Part shown: piece by piece, positions 51,871-64,000 of the stretch
Position numbering within the stretch: the first letter of the stretch is position 1
How the letters are laid out: each line of letters begins with the position of its first letter
From: Octopus sinensis
Taxonomy: Eukaryota
Direction: 5' to 3'
DNA: 64,000 bases
Assembly (NCBI RefSeq): GCF_006345805.1
Contig: NC_043009.1
Coordinates: 24,614,001-24,678,000, forward strand
Translations under genes and position numbers: made by a program
Notes under the pieces: model-generated
Databases searched by the model: none
What the model saw: the letters and a program-made list of their open reading frames with translations, nothing else
Told to the model about the DNA's origin: nothing

Positions 51871-52230
51871 AGGCGTAGGCCTGGTGTGTCGTACGAATCT
51901 TTATTCAAACCGCATGAGTCCAGGTTCAGTCCGACTGAATGGTCCCTTGAGCAAGTGTCTTCTACTATAGCCTTAGGCCGACCAAAAACTTGTGAGTGGA
52001 TTTCGTAGACGGAAACTAAAACAAACACACATACAGATATAGGTATGTATGCATGTATATTTATGTGTGTGTATTTGTGTGGGTGTATGTGTTTGTACTT
52101 GTGTTTGTCCAAGAAAACCATCTGATAACCGATAGAAAAAGGTCTAGGTTTAAAACGGAAGTGCTGGTAAAAATTTAAGGTTTTGCCACAGCATGGCCGC
52201 AATCAAATGACTGAAACGAGCAAAAAATAC
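51871..52230 (+). mobile_element. SINE family A
   Basis: caggttcagtcc..ttgagcaagtgtcttctactatagcc..ccacagcatggccgcaatcaaatgactgaaac. Confidence 0.8.
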
Positions 52231-52280
52231 AAGATATATACATATATGTCTATATATATAAATATGCAAGATATATGTAT

Positions 52281-52324
<44 letters not shown>

Positions 52325-52342
52325 ATATATATATATATATAT

Positions 52343-52590
52343 AACAATATCTGTTTCAAACACACGTTCACATCAAAAATCTTGCACAACAAATATATAA
52401 ACGTATATATAATATATATATATATATATATACATTTATATAAATGTATATAAATATATATATATATATACATTTCTATAAATGTATATATATTATATAT
52501 ATAATATATATATATAATATATATATATACATTTATATAAATGTATATAAATATATATATATATACATTTCTTAAATGTATATATATATA

Positions 52591-52635
<45 letters not shown>

Positions 52636-52766
52636 GTTTATATATTTGTTGTGCAAGATTTTGATGTGAAGTAGCTAACTGGCAAAATGAGCATTCCGAA
52701 ATATAACAATATCTGTTTCAACACACGACTTCACATCAAAAATCTTGCACAACAAATATAATAAAC

Positions 52767-52770
<4 letters not shown>
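52343..52770. repeat. Direct-inverted-direct triplication of a dispersed repeat (family E)
   Basis: cacatcaaaaatcttgcacaacaaatat at ~52369(+), ~52640(-) and ~52733(+). Homologous to 19620-19705, 20415-20500 and 46385-46560. Confidence 0.8.
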
Positions 52771-52846
<76 letters not shown>

Positions 52847-52894
52847 CATTTATATGTATATATATATACATATATAATATATATATATAAATCC

Positions 52895-53165
52895 TTAAAA
52901 TCTTTTAAAATGTTTCAGCCCGAAGGCCGCGGCCATGCTGGGGCACCACCGCTGAATGAGCTACACTAATATGTGAATCCACCTCTGATACGTGGCACTT
53001 GGTCAAGAAGGGAGTTCGATGCCGCTGCCCGCATCTGTGTCTCCTGTTTGGGACCCCCAACAAGAAGAGATCCAGTTTAGTTTTAAAGAAACCCACATCC
53101 ACACTATGCAAGTCTCTCAGGCATTTAGGGAGGATGTTAAAGAGCTGTGATCCTCTGAAACCCAA
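52895..53165 (-). mobile_element. 3' end of a CR1/L2-type LINE (ORF2 C-terminus + 3' tail)
   Basis: GFRGSQLFNILPKCLRDLHSVDVGFFKTKLDLFLLGVP; tail ggtgccccagcatggccgcggccttcgggctgaaacattttaaaag. Confidence 0.8.
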
Positions 53166-53233
53166 GCTGTGTGTGATATATATGTGTGTGTGTGTGTGTC
53201 TATATATATATATGCATATATATATATATATAT

Positions 53234-53269
<36 letters not shown>

Positions 53270-53506
53270 TATAGACTAATATATATATATAAGGTTCATA
53301 ACATATATATATAATATATATGCATATTTATATATATATATATAATATACATAACATATATATATAATGTCCATAATATATATATTGCATATATATATAT
53401 AATATACATAATATAATGTAACTATACAAATAAATATATGTAGATATAAACCATCCGATTTTCTGAGTACATCATTTCTTCGAATTATATATATATATAT
53501 ATATAT

Positions 53507-54370
53507 ATATTGTATAGAGGGCATTATTACACATATATGCCTCACATAAGTCATAAGTCATTACTACCAAAATTTCACTAATCGTACCTAATGCAGTTTT
53601 ATGCGGTAAGTGTGAAATCACAGGTGATATAGAACTAAATTCATGTTTTAAATGTCTTGCTTTGAAAAACTGCATTAGGTACGATTAGTGAAATTTTGGT
53701 AGTAATGACTTATGTCCCTCTTAGTGTGAGGCCTTTATGTGTAATAATGCCCTCTATACAATATAAATTAATATGTTCAAGAGAAAAAATTATTTTCGAA
53801 TTTTTCTCTAATCAGGTTTTTCACGCTAACTACCTGATAATTTCTTGTTAAGATTCCTTATTAGGAAGTTATCCTTAATTGTTAAATTTATTCCGACAAA
53901 AAATTTCCTACCCGACATGCAGTTCGAAAAAGCCCGCCATTTACCGAATATATGATTTATAAACATCTCCATGTGCTTCGCTGGAGAGAGCAGATGTCTG
54001 TTCGACTTCGCCAGGTAATGTTGGTCGTTTATTTATGATGTGTTCAGAATCAGTTCTACTGATGAGCATAGACGCATTTTTTATGCGGTAAGTGTGAAAT
54101 CACAGGTGATATAGAACTAAATTCATTTTTTAAATGTCTTGCTTTGAAAAACTGCATTAGGTACGATTAGTGAAATTTTGGTAGTAATGACTTATGTCCT
54201 TCTTAGTGTGAGGCATTTATGTGTAATAATGCCCACTATACAATATAAATTGATATGTTCAAAAGAAAAAATTATTTTCGAATTTTTCTCTTATGAGGTT
54301 TTTCACGCTAACTACCTGATAATTTCTTGTTAAGATTCCTTATTAAGAAGTTATCCTTAATTGTTAAATT

Positions 54371-54372
<2 letters not shown>
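53507..54372 (+). mobile_element. Penelope-like / retrozyme-like element: inverted 5' arm + 1.6 tandem copies of a 482-bp unit
   Basis: 53507-53600 is the reverse complement of 53666-53764; 53597-53890 repeats at 54079-54372 (offset 482); the unit contains a hammerhead; (TA)n on both flanks. Confidence 0.75.
54052..54118 (+). ncRNA. Type I hammerhead ribozyme
   Basis: Stem I agttcta/tagaact (7 bp perfect); CTGATGA at 54059-54065; stem II gcat/gtgt plus cgcat/atgcg; GAAA at 54096-54099; stem III atcac/gtgat with a 2-nt loop; AUA triplet with cleavage predicted after 54111. Confidence 0.85.
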
Positions 54373-54401
<29 letters not shown>

Positions 54402-54413
54402 TATATATATATA

Positions 54414-54465
<52 letters not shown>

Positions 54466-55504
54466 GCATATAGGGTACATGACTTCACAAACGGGAAAGA
54501 ACATGAGATACGAAATAAATATATATCCAGAAAGAAACAAATGGAAAACAGTACAACTAACACAAAGAACAACTCTTCATCAGTTGTCGGCTCTCATATC
54601 TATATTATATATAGATATATATATATATATATATGTATGTGCGTGTGTGTATGTGTGTGTGTGTGTGTTGTGTGTGTGTGTTTGTGTACTGGTAGAAAAT
54701 GTTTTTCCAGCTGCCAAAATGGAGTGCTCGATCTAAATTGCCGACATGAGAGAATAGGCGTTTCTTTCTTACAACAGGCCCAGTCGGTTCATTGCGAGTG
54801 GTTTTGGGTACATGGAAACTGTGTAGAATCCTGTCAAATGGATTGCATGCAAATGCATACGTATGCGTATCCGTTAATCCGTGCGCGTGTACGTGTATGT
54901 ATATGTTTTTGTCTGTACCTAAGTGTGTATTTGTGCGCGTGTGTGTGTGTGTGACTACTGTAGGCATAAGTACATTCTGTGTAATCACCTCGTCAGCACT
55001 TTATGTTGGCTCCTGGCTTACATAGAGTTCCTGTAACGAAACGAAGATCAGTTATGCATTAATGAACGATAAAAAGGAGCACTTCGTAAATCGAAGGTAT
55101 GATCCAGTACGCATATGATAAGCCTCACAGAGTGATTAATAAGTAATTTACGTAGAGATGTCTCTATGTACTTATATCCAACACTCCTACATATTAATCA
55201 CTAAAATATTTACATGCCATCATACGCCAGAAGTTCTCTGACAGTTTAAGGATTATAGACATGTACAAAGAAACAGATTTATACACACATACACACGTTA
55301 AGGAAATTGTACACACACGCGCGCGCGCGCACATTCTCGTATATATATAAGCATTCACACACACATATACAGATAGATATTTATGTACGTAAGCAACTTG
55401 CAACAAGACAATTTCTATATACGTGTGTACGGGTGGGTGTATTTCTGTATGTGTACATACACACACACATGTTTAAAAATTTGGGATTAAGTAGGCCCAC
55501 GCAT

Positions 55505-55535
<31 letters not shown>

Positions 55536-56354
55536 TATATATATTTTATATTATATATATATATATACATACATACATACATACATACACACATAATTAT
55601 ATATATATATATATAATATATATATATATATACACATTTATAAAATATATATATGCTCACACACACATATATATACATAGACTTATACACACATACATAT
55701 ATATTTGCTTGAAATTTAGGAATTAAGTAGGCATACACACCATATATATATATATATATATATATAAATGTTTGGAAATGAGGGATTAAGTAGGCTCACC
55801 CTTTTAATAAATTGAATCCATCCATCAAGAGCGATAAGCCGATGACACTGATTCGCCTATTTAAGACGAACACAGCTCATTGATCTCGCTCCTTAAATGA
55901 CTTCTGGTCTCCGCACAATGGCGTTGTAGTTTTATCCATTTTTGTCTCTATAAGTAGTTTTAATTCCGAAATACTGAAATTAAATTTTAAAGTGTTAAAC
56001 GTACTTATTGTCTGATTGTTGTTTTGATTCTCGAATTTTTGCAACATGTAATATAATCGTTTCGAAAGAACCGCTCCTCAATCTCTTCCCCCTCTCTCTG
56101 TCTCTCTCTTTCACACACACACACGCGCGCACATATACACATACATGCACGCACGCACGCAGGTACTTATCCTCATATAGGTATGTGGAAGTATGTGTTT
56201 GCTAAGAATTGTGCGAGGGTGTATAGGTGAGAGTTAATATGCTTTAAAGTAACTGAGAATATTTTGTATTTTTACATGTCATTTGTACTGACAAAACACA
56301 CAGACACACACACACGCACACGCACACACACAGAGGCACACACATATATATCCA

Positions 56355-56391
<37 letters not shown>

Positions 56392-56573
56392 ATATATATT
56401 TACCGATATATACATATATATGTATATATGTATATACATATACTTATACATATGTATATATCTATATGTATATATTTGCATATATATATATATATATATA
56501 TACAAACATATGTATATATGTATGTAGACACGCACATACACGCGCGGCGCACACAGACATACACCACACACAC

Positions 56574-56622
<49 letters not shown>

Positions 56623-56714
56623 TTGCTCACAAATCTATATATAATAGTAGAATAGAGAATAATTAGTTTTTAAGGATATACACGCATACATACATACATA
56701 CATGCATACATACA

Positions 56715-56746
<32 letters not shown>

Positions 56747-56901
56747 CATACATACATACATAAGTGTGCTTGTGTGTGTGTGTGTTTGCGTGTCTGAGTA
56801 TCTACGTATATTTGCATATATGTGTAAATATTATGCACGTATACATATATATACATATACATACATATGTATATATATGTATATTTTATCTATATATATG
56901 C

Positions 56902-56942
<41 letters not shown>

Positions 56943-56943
56943 T

Positions 56944-56989
<46 letters not shown>

Positions 56990-57194
56990 ACACGCACACA
57001 ACATTTATGTTTATATACATAACATACATACATACATACATACATACATACATAAGTGTGCTTGTGTGTGGTGTGTTTGCGTGTCTGAGTATCTACGTAT
57101 ATTTGCATATATGTGAAATATATGCACGTATACATATATATACATATACATACATATGTGTATATATGTATATTTTATCTATATATATATATGC

Positions 57195-57237
<43 letters not shown>

Positions 57238-57242
57238 TATTA

Positions 57243-57273
<31 letters not shown>

Positions 57274-57279
<6 letters not shown>

Positions 57280-57611
57280 AAAGGGCTTAGTAAAATAAAT
57301 TACTTTGCCGCATACTGAACTCGTTAGAAATAGCAGCTAAAAAAACTATTTCTAACACTTAAAGAAAACCTCTCTCATATAGTGCTTGCTCAATTCAAAC
57401 AAGAAAGTATGAGGGTAGAGACATTAAAAAATCAAATGCAAAGGTTGCATTTGATTTTTAATGTCTCTACCCTCATACTTTCTTGGGTTGAATTGAGCAA
57501 GCACTATATGAGAGAGGTTTTCTTAAGTGTTAGAAATAGTTTTTTTAGCTGCTATTTCTAACGAGTTCAGTATGCGGCAAAGTAATTTATTTTACTAAGC
57601 CCTTTTATATA
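57274..57611. repeat. 338-bp near-perfect palindrome (~168-bp arms, 3-nt loop agg at 57442-57444)
   Basis: Arms are reverse complements apart from about three 1-nt indels and a substitution; each arm has an internal 11-bp hairpin gttagaaatag/ctatttctaac. Confidence 0.95.
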
Positions 57612-57732
57612 TGTAATAATTTGAATTTGCCTTAAATGGTCCCTTGCATACTGAATACTTGGTGAAATTGATAAATTAATAATTAATTTTACCCTCAATT
57701 GTTGAAATTATATATAATATATATATATATTA

Positions 57733-57935
57733 TATATAGAGGGCATTATACATACATACATTATACATACATACATACATTATACATACATACATATATA
57801 AATTATATATAAATTAATATGTTCAATAAGAAATAATTATTTTCGAAATTTTTTCTCTTATGAGGTTTTCACGCTATCTACCTGACAATTTCTTAAGTTT
57901 TCCTTATTAAGTAGTTGTCCTTAATTGCTAAATTT
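57733..57935 (+). mobile_element. Third, partial copy of the 53.5-kb Penelope-like element
   Basis: tatagagggcatta arm tip, then tataaattaatatgttcaa..ccttaattgctaaattt matching 53762-53890. Confidence 0.75.
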
Positions 57936-58972
57936 CTATATATATATATATATATATAAACCCACACGCACACACATTTATGTTTATATACATATAGATG
58001 CGTAGACTACCTATGTAAAAAAACTACCGTCCAAACAAACACACATAGATATATGGCAATATAGCTATTCCTTCATGACGACACGTCCCATACAAACCAT
58101 ACAAACTCTCAAACATCACTTCTATCTTCAAATCATTCGCTCAACGAATCCGCCATTACCCTACCACACTCAGACTCTACATCTTTATCACAATTTTTTT
58201 TCTTTTCTGCTTTCTGTCGCTGTTTATCTCTATTACATCTCACTGTCCTTTCGTACTCTCTTAAGAAGGTTGCATTTAAGATAAAACTGACGCCATATCA
58301 GCTGGCAAAAGCAAGGATAACGTTACGCAGAATGTCAATAGCTGTTTGTATTTGCTTTTACAAAACCGAAGATAATCGTAACGTGAGGGATGAGGTGTCT
58401 CGCCGTGTTCGTTATCCATACGAACATCCGCACGTATGAACACAATGAATCATAGATATTTATTTAAAGACATACGCACACAAAACCCACCATATAGGAA
58501 CGTATATATGTATCTACATTCGCGCGGGCGCGCACACACACACAGACATATACAAATATTCATAAACTTGACCACATACACAATCCTATATAAATTAACG
58601 GAAAGAGAGTAATCAGTATATAAGCATATATATACATATATGTATATACATACATATATACATTTATGTATGTGGGTGTGTGTAAGTTTGTGTGTGTGTT
58701 ATATGTGTTATACTTGTGTTAATGTATTTGTGTGAGAGTGTATTACTTTTGTGCGTATAAACGTCTGTGTACATCTATCTATAAATATATTATACATATA
58801 TATGTTTGTGTATACAATACATATATAAATATATAATACATATACTAATATATATATATAGATATATATATCCTAATATATATAATATATATATACAAAA
58901 CATATATATATATATTATATTATATATATATGTATACCATATATATATATTTATAAACACATATAGACACAC

Positions 58973-59014
<42 letters not shown>

Positions 59015-59879
59015 TTGGTATGTATTATAATGAACGAACACTTGGAAAATATAATGTACGTTTCCGTATTCTTACAGGTCTATGTGTGTACGTACGTTTG
59101 TATGTGCGTCTGGGTAAGCGCGCACTCAAGCGTTTGACTGAATAATGTATTAACATTTGTCTATCAGCATATATGTATCAATGACTGTCTTTTATAGCGT
59201 TGTATAGAATATAAACGGTGGTCCGTGTCCTAATTAGCTGATCAACGAACGGCCATCTTTATTCTTTTCATCTCATTCAAATCTACGTATACAATAGCTG
59301 TTTTGAGCTTATATTGTATCGCCGGCGTCTTTAGATTCAATAACCCAAAGATCAATACATTTTGTAACTACTTGTGGATTGTCTTGGTTTCTCTTCAAAA
59401 TTTATTGTATTTGCTGTGATGAGGAGCATGACGTTCCCAGGGAGCTTCACGCCTTAATTTGTGTTGTGCGTTATTTTTGTAAGAAGTTTTTTTCATTATT
59501 TGCTGAGTTACAATATGTATAACATCATAAATATCATATCATTATCATACCGTATCAAATAAAAATTATTACAATATACATACATAAATACATATGCATA
59601 CACCACACCCACATATATATTCTCCATTTTCTGTTTACTTTATATATATATATATATATATATAATCTAATATATATATATATATACTATATATATATAG
59701 ACACCCATAGAGACATAGATAGATAAATAGATAGATGATAGGTAGATACATAGACAGACAGACACACAAATAGGTAGATATATTGATATACAGATATATA
59801 GATAGATGGGTACATAGATAAATAGACAGATGGGTAAGTGGGTAGGTAGACAGACAGACAGACAGATAGATAGAGAGAT

Positions 59880-60056
<177 letters not shown>

Positions 60057-60559
60057 GACAGATATATTAAATGGATGGTCAGAAAAATAGAGTGATAGAT
60101 AGACAAATAGGAAGAGCGATAAACAGATATTTATCTGGGCAGGGTATAGGCATGGTTGTTTGGTCAAAAAAAGTTGCTGCTCTTGAAAACAAATCGTTCT
60201 TAGTTCAATAAAATTGCCATGCATTTCAAAAGGCCCTTTTTCTAGTATATCTTCTGTTTGAACGATGAGTTGACCAATGGCTCTTTCGTACTCAAAAATG
60301 GGGAGAGAGAGAGAGAGAGAGAGAGAGACTGAGAGACAGACGTACAGATAGAGACAGAGACAACAGACAGAGAGAGGGAGAGAGAGGGAGAAAGAGTGAG
60401 AAATTGAGAGAGAAAACTAGTATGTTTATAAATGCCAACACATGTTGTGTATGCGCGTATGTACTAGTATATGCATTCCCGCACACGTACACACACATAT
60501 ATATACACATATAGTTATATTTGTATGTATACACGTATAACAATATGTGTATATCACCA

Positions 60560-60910
60560 TCATTGAACATTGCCCAGGCAAACTGTCAGCAGTACTTCTT
60601 TGCAAGGCTGGGTATGTCTACCATCCGAAGTCCTATAAAAGATCGACTGAATGTAATATCCTTCCTTCTAGACGGGGCGATCGAACTTATGTAATGTACG
60701 AAAGAGCTTACAAGTCGATTTCGTGTGTGAAGAGACATAGAGCGGTTCATAAGGATCATACATCACAAAATGACCCGCCCAGTGGAAGCTACAACTTTCG
60801 TATGTCACCGGTGTTTCAAGCCATGCACACATCTGCGGCAAGATTGTGCAGTTATCTCAGAGGTCGTAGACGGAATGTCATAAATGCTATTGAATATGTG
60901 GATGTCTAGA
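60560..60910 (+). mobile_element. Possible decayed RTE-clade LINE C-terminus
   Basis: FVCHRCFKPC (60797) then, after a frameshift, SAARLCSYLRG, resembling the RTE terminal CxxC..H zinc finger; weak AGYVY similarity upstream. Confidence 0.35.
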
Positions 60911-61027
60911 GACACGACAATCACATCAGATGACGGAGCAATCACCGTTTTTCTTTGTGTGTATGTGTGAGTGTGTTTGTGTGTGTTTGTTTGTGTATGT
61001 ATATGTAGTTGTTATTTGTTTGTGTCT

Positions 61028-61318
61028 TCTAGAGCTATGCTTGGCTCATAATGACCGGTTCCCCAGTTTCCTTGGCGTACAGGTTCCCCACCTGGACGGG
61101 ACGCCGGGCTTTCGCTGGTGAGCTGCAAGATGCAGGAGGAAAGAGTGAGAGAATGTTCTGGCGAAAGAGTCAGCTGAAGTTCGCTATTACCTTCTGCCGG
61201 AGCCGCGTGGAGCTTAGGTGTTTCGCTCATAAACACACACATCGCCCGGTCTGAGATTCGAACCCGCGATCCCTCGACCGCGAGTCCGCTGCTCTAAGCA
61301 CTAGGTTATGTGCCTCCA
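61028..61318 (-). mobile_element. tRNA-derived SINE family C
   Basis: Minus head tggaggcacataacctagtgcttagagcagcggactcgcggtcgagggatcgcgggttcgaatc; homologous to 31772-31952. Confidence 0.85.
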
Positions 61319-61409
61319 CATGTATATGTGTACACAGACATATATGTACAAATATGCACACATACATATGCATATACACACATACACGCACACACTCACA
61401 CATACATAC

Positions 61410-61487
<78 letters not shown>

Positions 61488-62433
61488 ATGTACGCGCGTG
61501 TGTGAGTGTGAATTTAACTGGAACATACATTTTCACGTAAAAATAATAATTTGCATACATGCATAAAATTTTAGTGAATATATCATCGGGATTTTATAAT
61601 TCCTTGACATCGTGTCAGATAATCCACAGCAATTGCGGGAAAATTCAAATTAAATTCAAACGTAACAGTAAGCATCATGGTTGCTTAATATCAGTGTCTG
61701 CTGTCTTAACTATGATCGACTGTGTAGATAAGCGAGTATGTAATGCAGCTTCAAATAAGGATCCACGACAAATGATAGAGTGGCTTATTAAATGAAGCAG
61801 GGATAGGGAAAACCCCAGTCCGCGGGCGCAATTGCTCCCGCAAGCCCATTTTATTTCGCTCACAGGCTAATATATGTGTATGTAGAAAATATAGTAAATT
61901 TTTCAATTATTAAATTTATACAATATTCGTATGCCTGTTAGCAACATAGGTCGTGTTTCAACTACGACTTAAAACGGTTAGACTCGAACAGAAATCATGG
62001 AAATTTTGTTTTCACTATAAAACACATATTCTTAGGTTTGTACCACCCACCTGAGACTCAACTACACTGTAGCTGAAAAATATAGATACCTCATAAGTAA
62101 TATAAACGTCCTAAATTCAGTGGCGGCGTTAATGAAGATGTTACGCGTTAATTTAATTGTTAAACTTATCTTTATTAATGTATATCGAATTATACATAGA
62201 TATACGCTAGATTTACAAAATATAAGAGTTAGAACTTGTGATCTGCTCGCGGACCATTCTCCTTGTAATTTTTTGCCCACCACACTAAAAAGATTCCTAA
62301 CCCCTAAAATAAAGTGTAAATTTTCGTTAGTGGTGAACCGTTAATTTTTTGAAATTACATAAGTAGCTATGATGCTAGTAGATACAGTCGATCGCTTGGC
62401 TTCACCAATGATAATAATACTAATAATAATAAA

Positions 62434-62526
<93 letters not shown>

Positions 62527-62542
62527 ACTGCTGCTGCTACTA

Positions 62543-62613
<71 letters not shown>

Positions 62614-62617
62614 GCTA

Positions 62618-63165
62618 CTGATGCAGTACCAGGCACTGGCCCTCATGGCTCTTGATCTTATCTAATATGAAATGCTATAATGTACATTGTTTTGTCTTGG
62701 TATAAAAGATGGGCTACAGCAAACATTCTGCTCGATACTACAGATTTGCTTATCAGCTCTTTGACCTTAACCAGTTGAGCATGTCCCTTAGCGGCTGACG
62801 ATATGTGTATCCCTGATCGCGTGCAGAAGTAGTGTGAGGAGCATCATACCCATATATTGAGAGGAATTCTTTGGGATTTGAATAATTCGCCTCAGGAAAC
62901 ATGGTAGTTTCGTTCAACATCCTTAAATAACCCTTATTCAAGGACCGTTTCAGCAGGATGGGCTACTCGATGTGACGGAAATAGTAACAGGGCCCCACCC
63001 GCTGGGTCATGCGCTGTTTATCTTGATTTGAGATCATCCTGTCGCACTCATATGGCTGTGATGCATGTGCCTGGTGTACCCTCATCAGATGGGTAGTCAT
63101 AATATGTATACTGGGATTCGTATATTTTACCCCAGTGTCACTTTGATGGCATGCACTGCTCTCTC
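62618..63165 (+). mobile_element. ~550-bp element, copy 5 (full length)
   Basis: Starts ctgatgcagtaccagg after (CTA)n; ends cactgctctctc before (AATC)n(AAT)n. Confidence 0.9.
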
Positions 63166-63185
63166 AATCAATCAATCAATCAATC

Positions 63186-63219
<34 letters not shown>

Positions 63220-63246
63220 GTAATAATTATAATAATAATAATAATG

Positions 63247-63281
<35 letters not shown>

Positions 63282-63282
63282 T

Positions 63283-63627
63283 TATTCTTTTAATAACATA
63301 TCATTAAAGAAAGAGAAAATGTTCATAAATATTGAGACCTCAGGATTGAGATCGCTAAGATGTGGCAGCTACGAGAGTCTAATATAAATGTTATCCCTTT
63401 TGTGATCGAAGCATTGCGCTCAATACCATCCAATCTGGAAAAAAAAACATTTGTAAAACATTAGAAATGCCCTACAATCTAGGTGGATTGTATTACTTGG
63501 AATTGCACACATATTGCGTGTCTGTCGGAAGACCTTGTTGTGACTCGACAAACAATACAAACCCCCCAGTAGACAAAATATTTTCAATCAACAACCTCAA
63601 GACATTGTCTACTGTGCGACGTCTATC
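63283..63627 (+). mobile_element. 5'-truncated 3' end of another R4/Dong-like RLE LINE subfamily
   Basis: KY*DLRIEIAKMWQLRESNINVIPFVIEALRSIPSNLEK and VLLGIAHILR; (AAT)n on both sides. Confidence 0.8.
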
Positions 63628-63648
63628 ATAATGATGATGATGATGATG

Positions 63649-63716
<68 letters not shown>

Positions 63717-64000
63717 CTTTTATTTGTCGGAAAAGCTGAAGACAGCAAAAGTGAGATACTTGCACCAGGATTTACAAAGAAAGGTGAGAGACATCATAAA
63801 ATATATAAAAGTTTAAAGGTATATACCTGTGTACACGTGTGTACGCATCTATATAAGTATATTACACACACACATACACACATACACACACACATACACA
63901 GAGGCTCATATACACATGTTTGTAGGGAGATGAATAATACAAAGTACAATGAAGTGCACAATAATTAAAACAATAAATAATTAAATGAAAATGAAACGTG

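Noticed and set aside
54960-55010. Minus-strand CTGACGA-ggtg atta caca-gaat motif with a pairable stem I
   Set aside because: GAAA and stem III are incomplete (about 3 nt missing); too decayed to call.

Overview
AT-rich, microsatellite-saturated animal genomic DNA. I infer an octopodid cephalopod from recalled resemblance of the tRNA-derived SINE families to octopus repeats; this was not database-checked. There is no intact protein-coding gene, rRNA, true tRNA or CRISPR array, and almost all listed ORFs are simple-repeat artefacts. The window is a transposon graveyard: about 30 copies of four SINE families (A-D, my labels), R4/Dong-type and other restriction-like-endonuclease (RLE) LINE 3' ends sitting in (AAT)n tracts, CR1/L2-type fragments, a dead DD34D mariner, DD37D/maT-like fragments, a Chapaev3-like relic, and hAT and TA-flanked MITEs. 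One candidate host-gene start (CCAAT/TATA plus a signal-peptide exon) lies at 3.4-3.9 kb. Highlights: (1) a well-formed type I hammerhead ribozyme at 54052-54118 inside a 482-bp tandem unit with an inverted 5' arm (Penelope-like / retrozyme architecture), plus further hammerhead motifs at 48923-48968 and 28.6-29.0 kb; (2) a discrete ~550-bp non-coding element in five copies that co-occupies AAT microsatellites with Dong LINEs and shows TPRT-like polarity; (3) a SINE/CR1 shared 3' stem-loop with a compensatory base-pair change; (4) a 338-bp near-perfect palindrome inside an insertion whose empty site is present just upstream.
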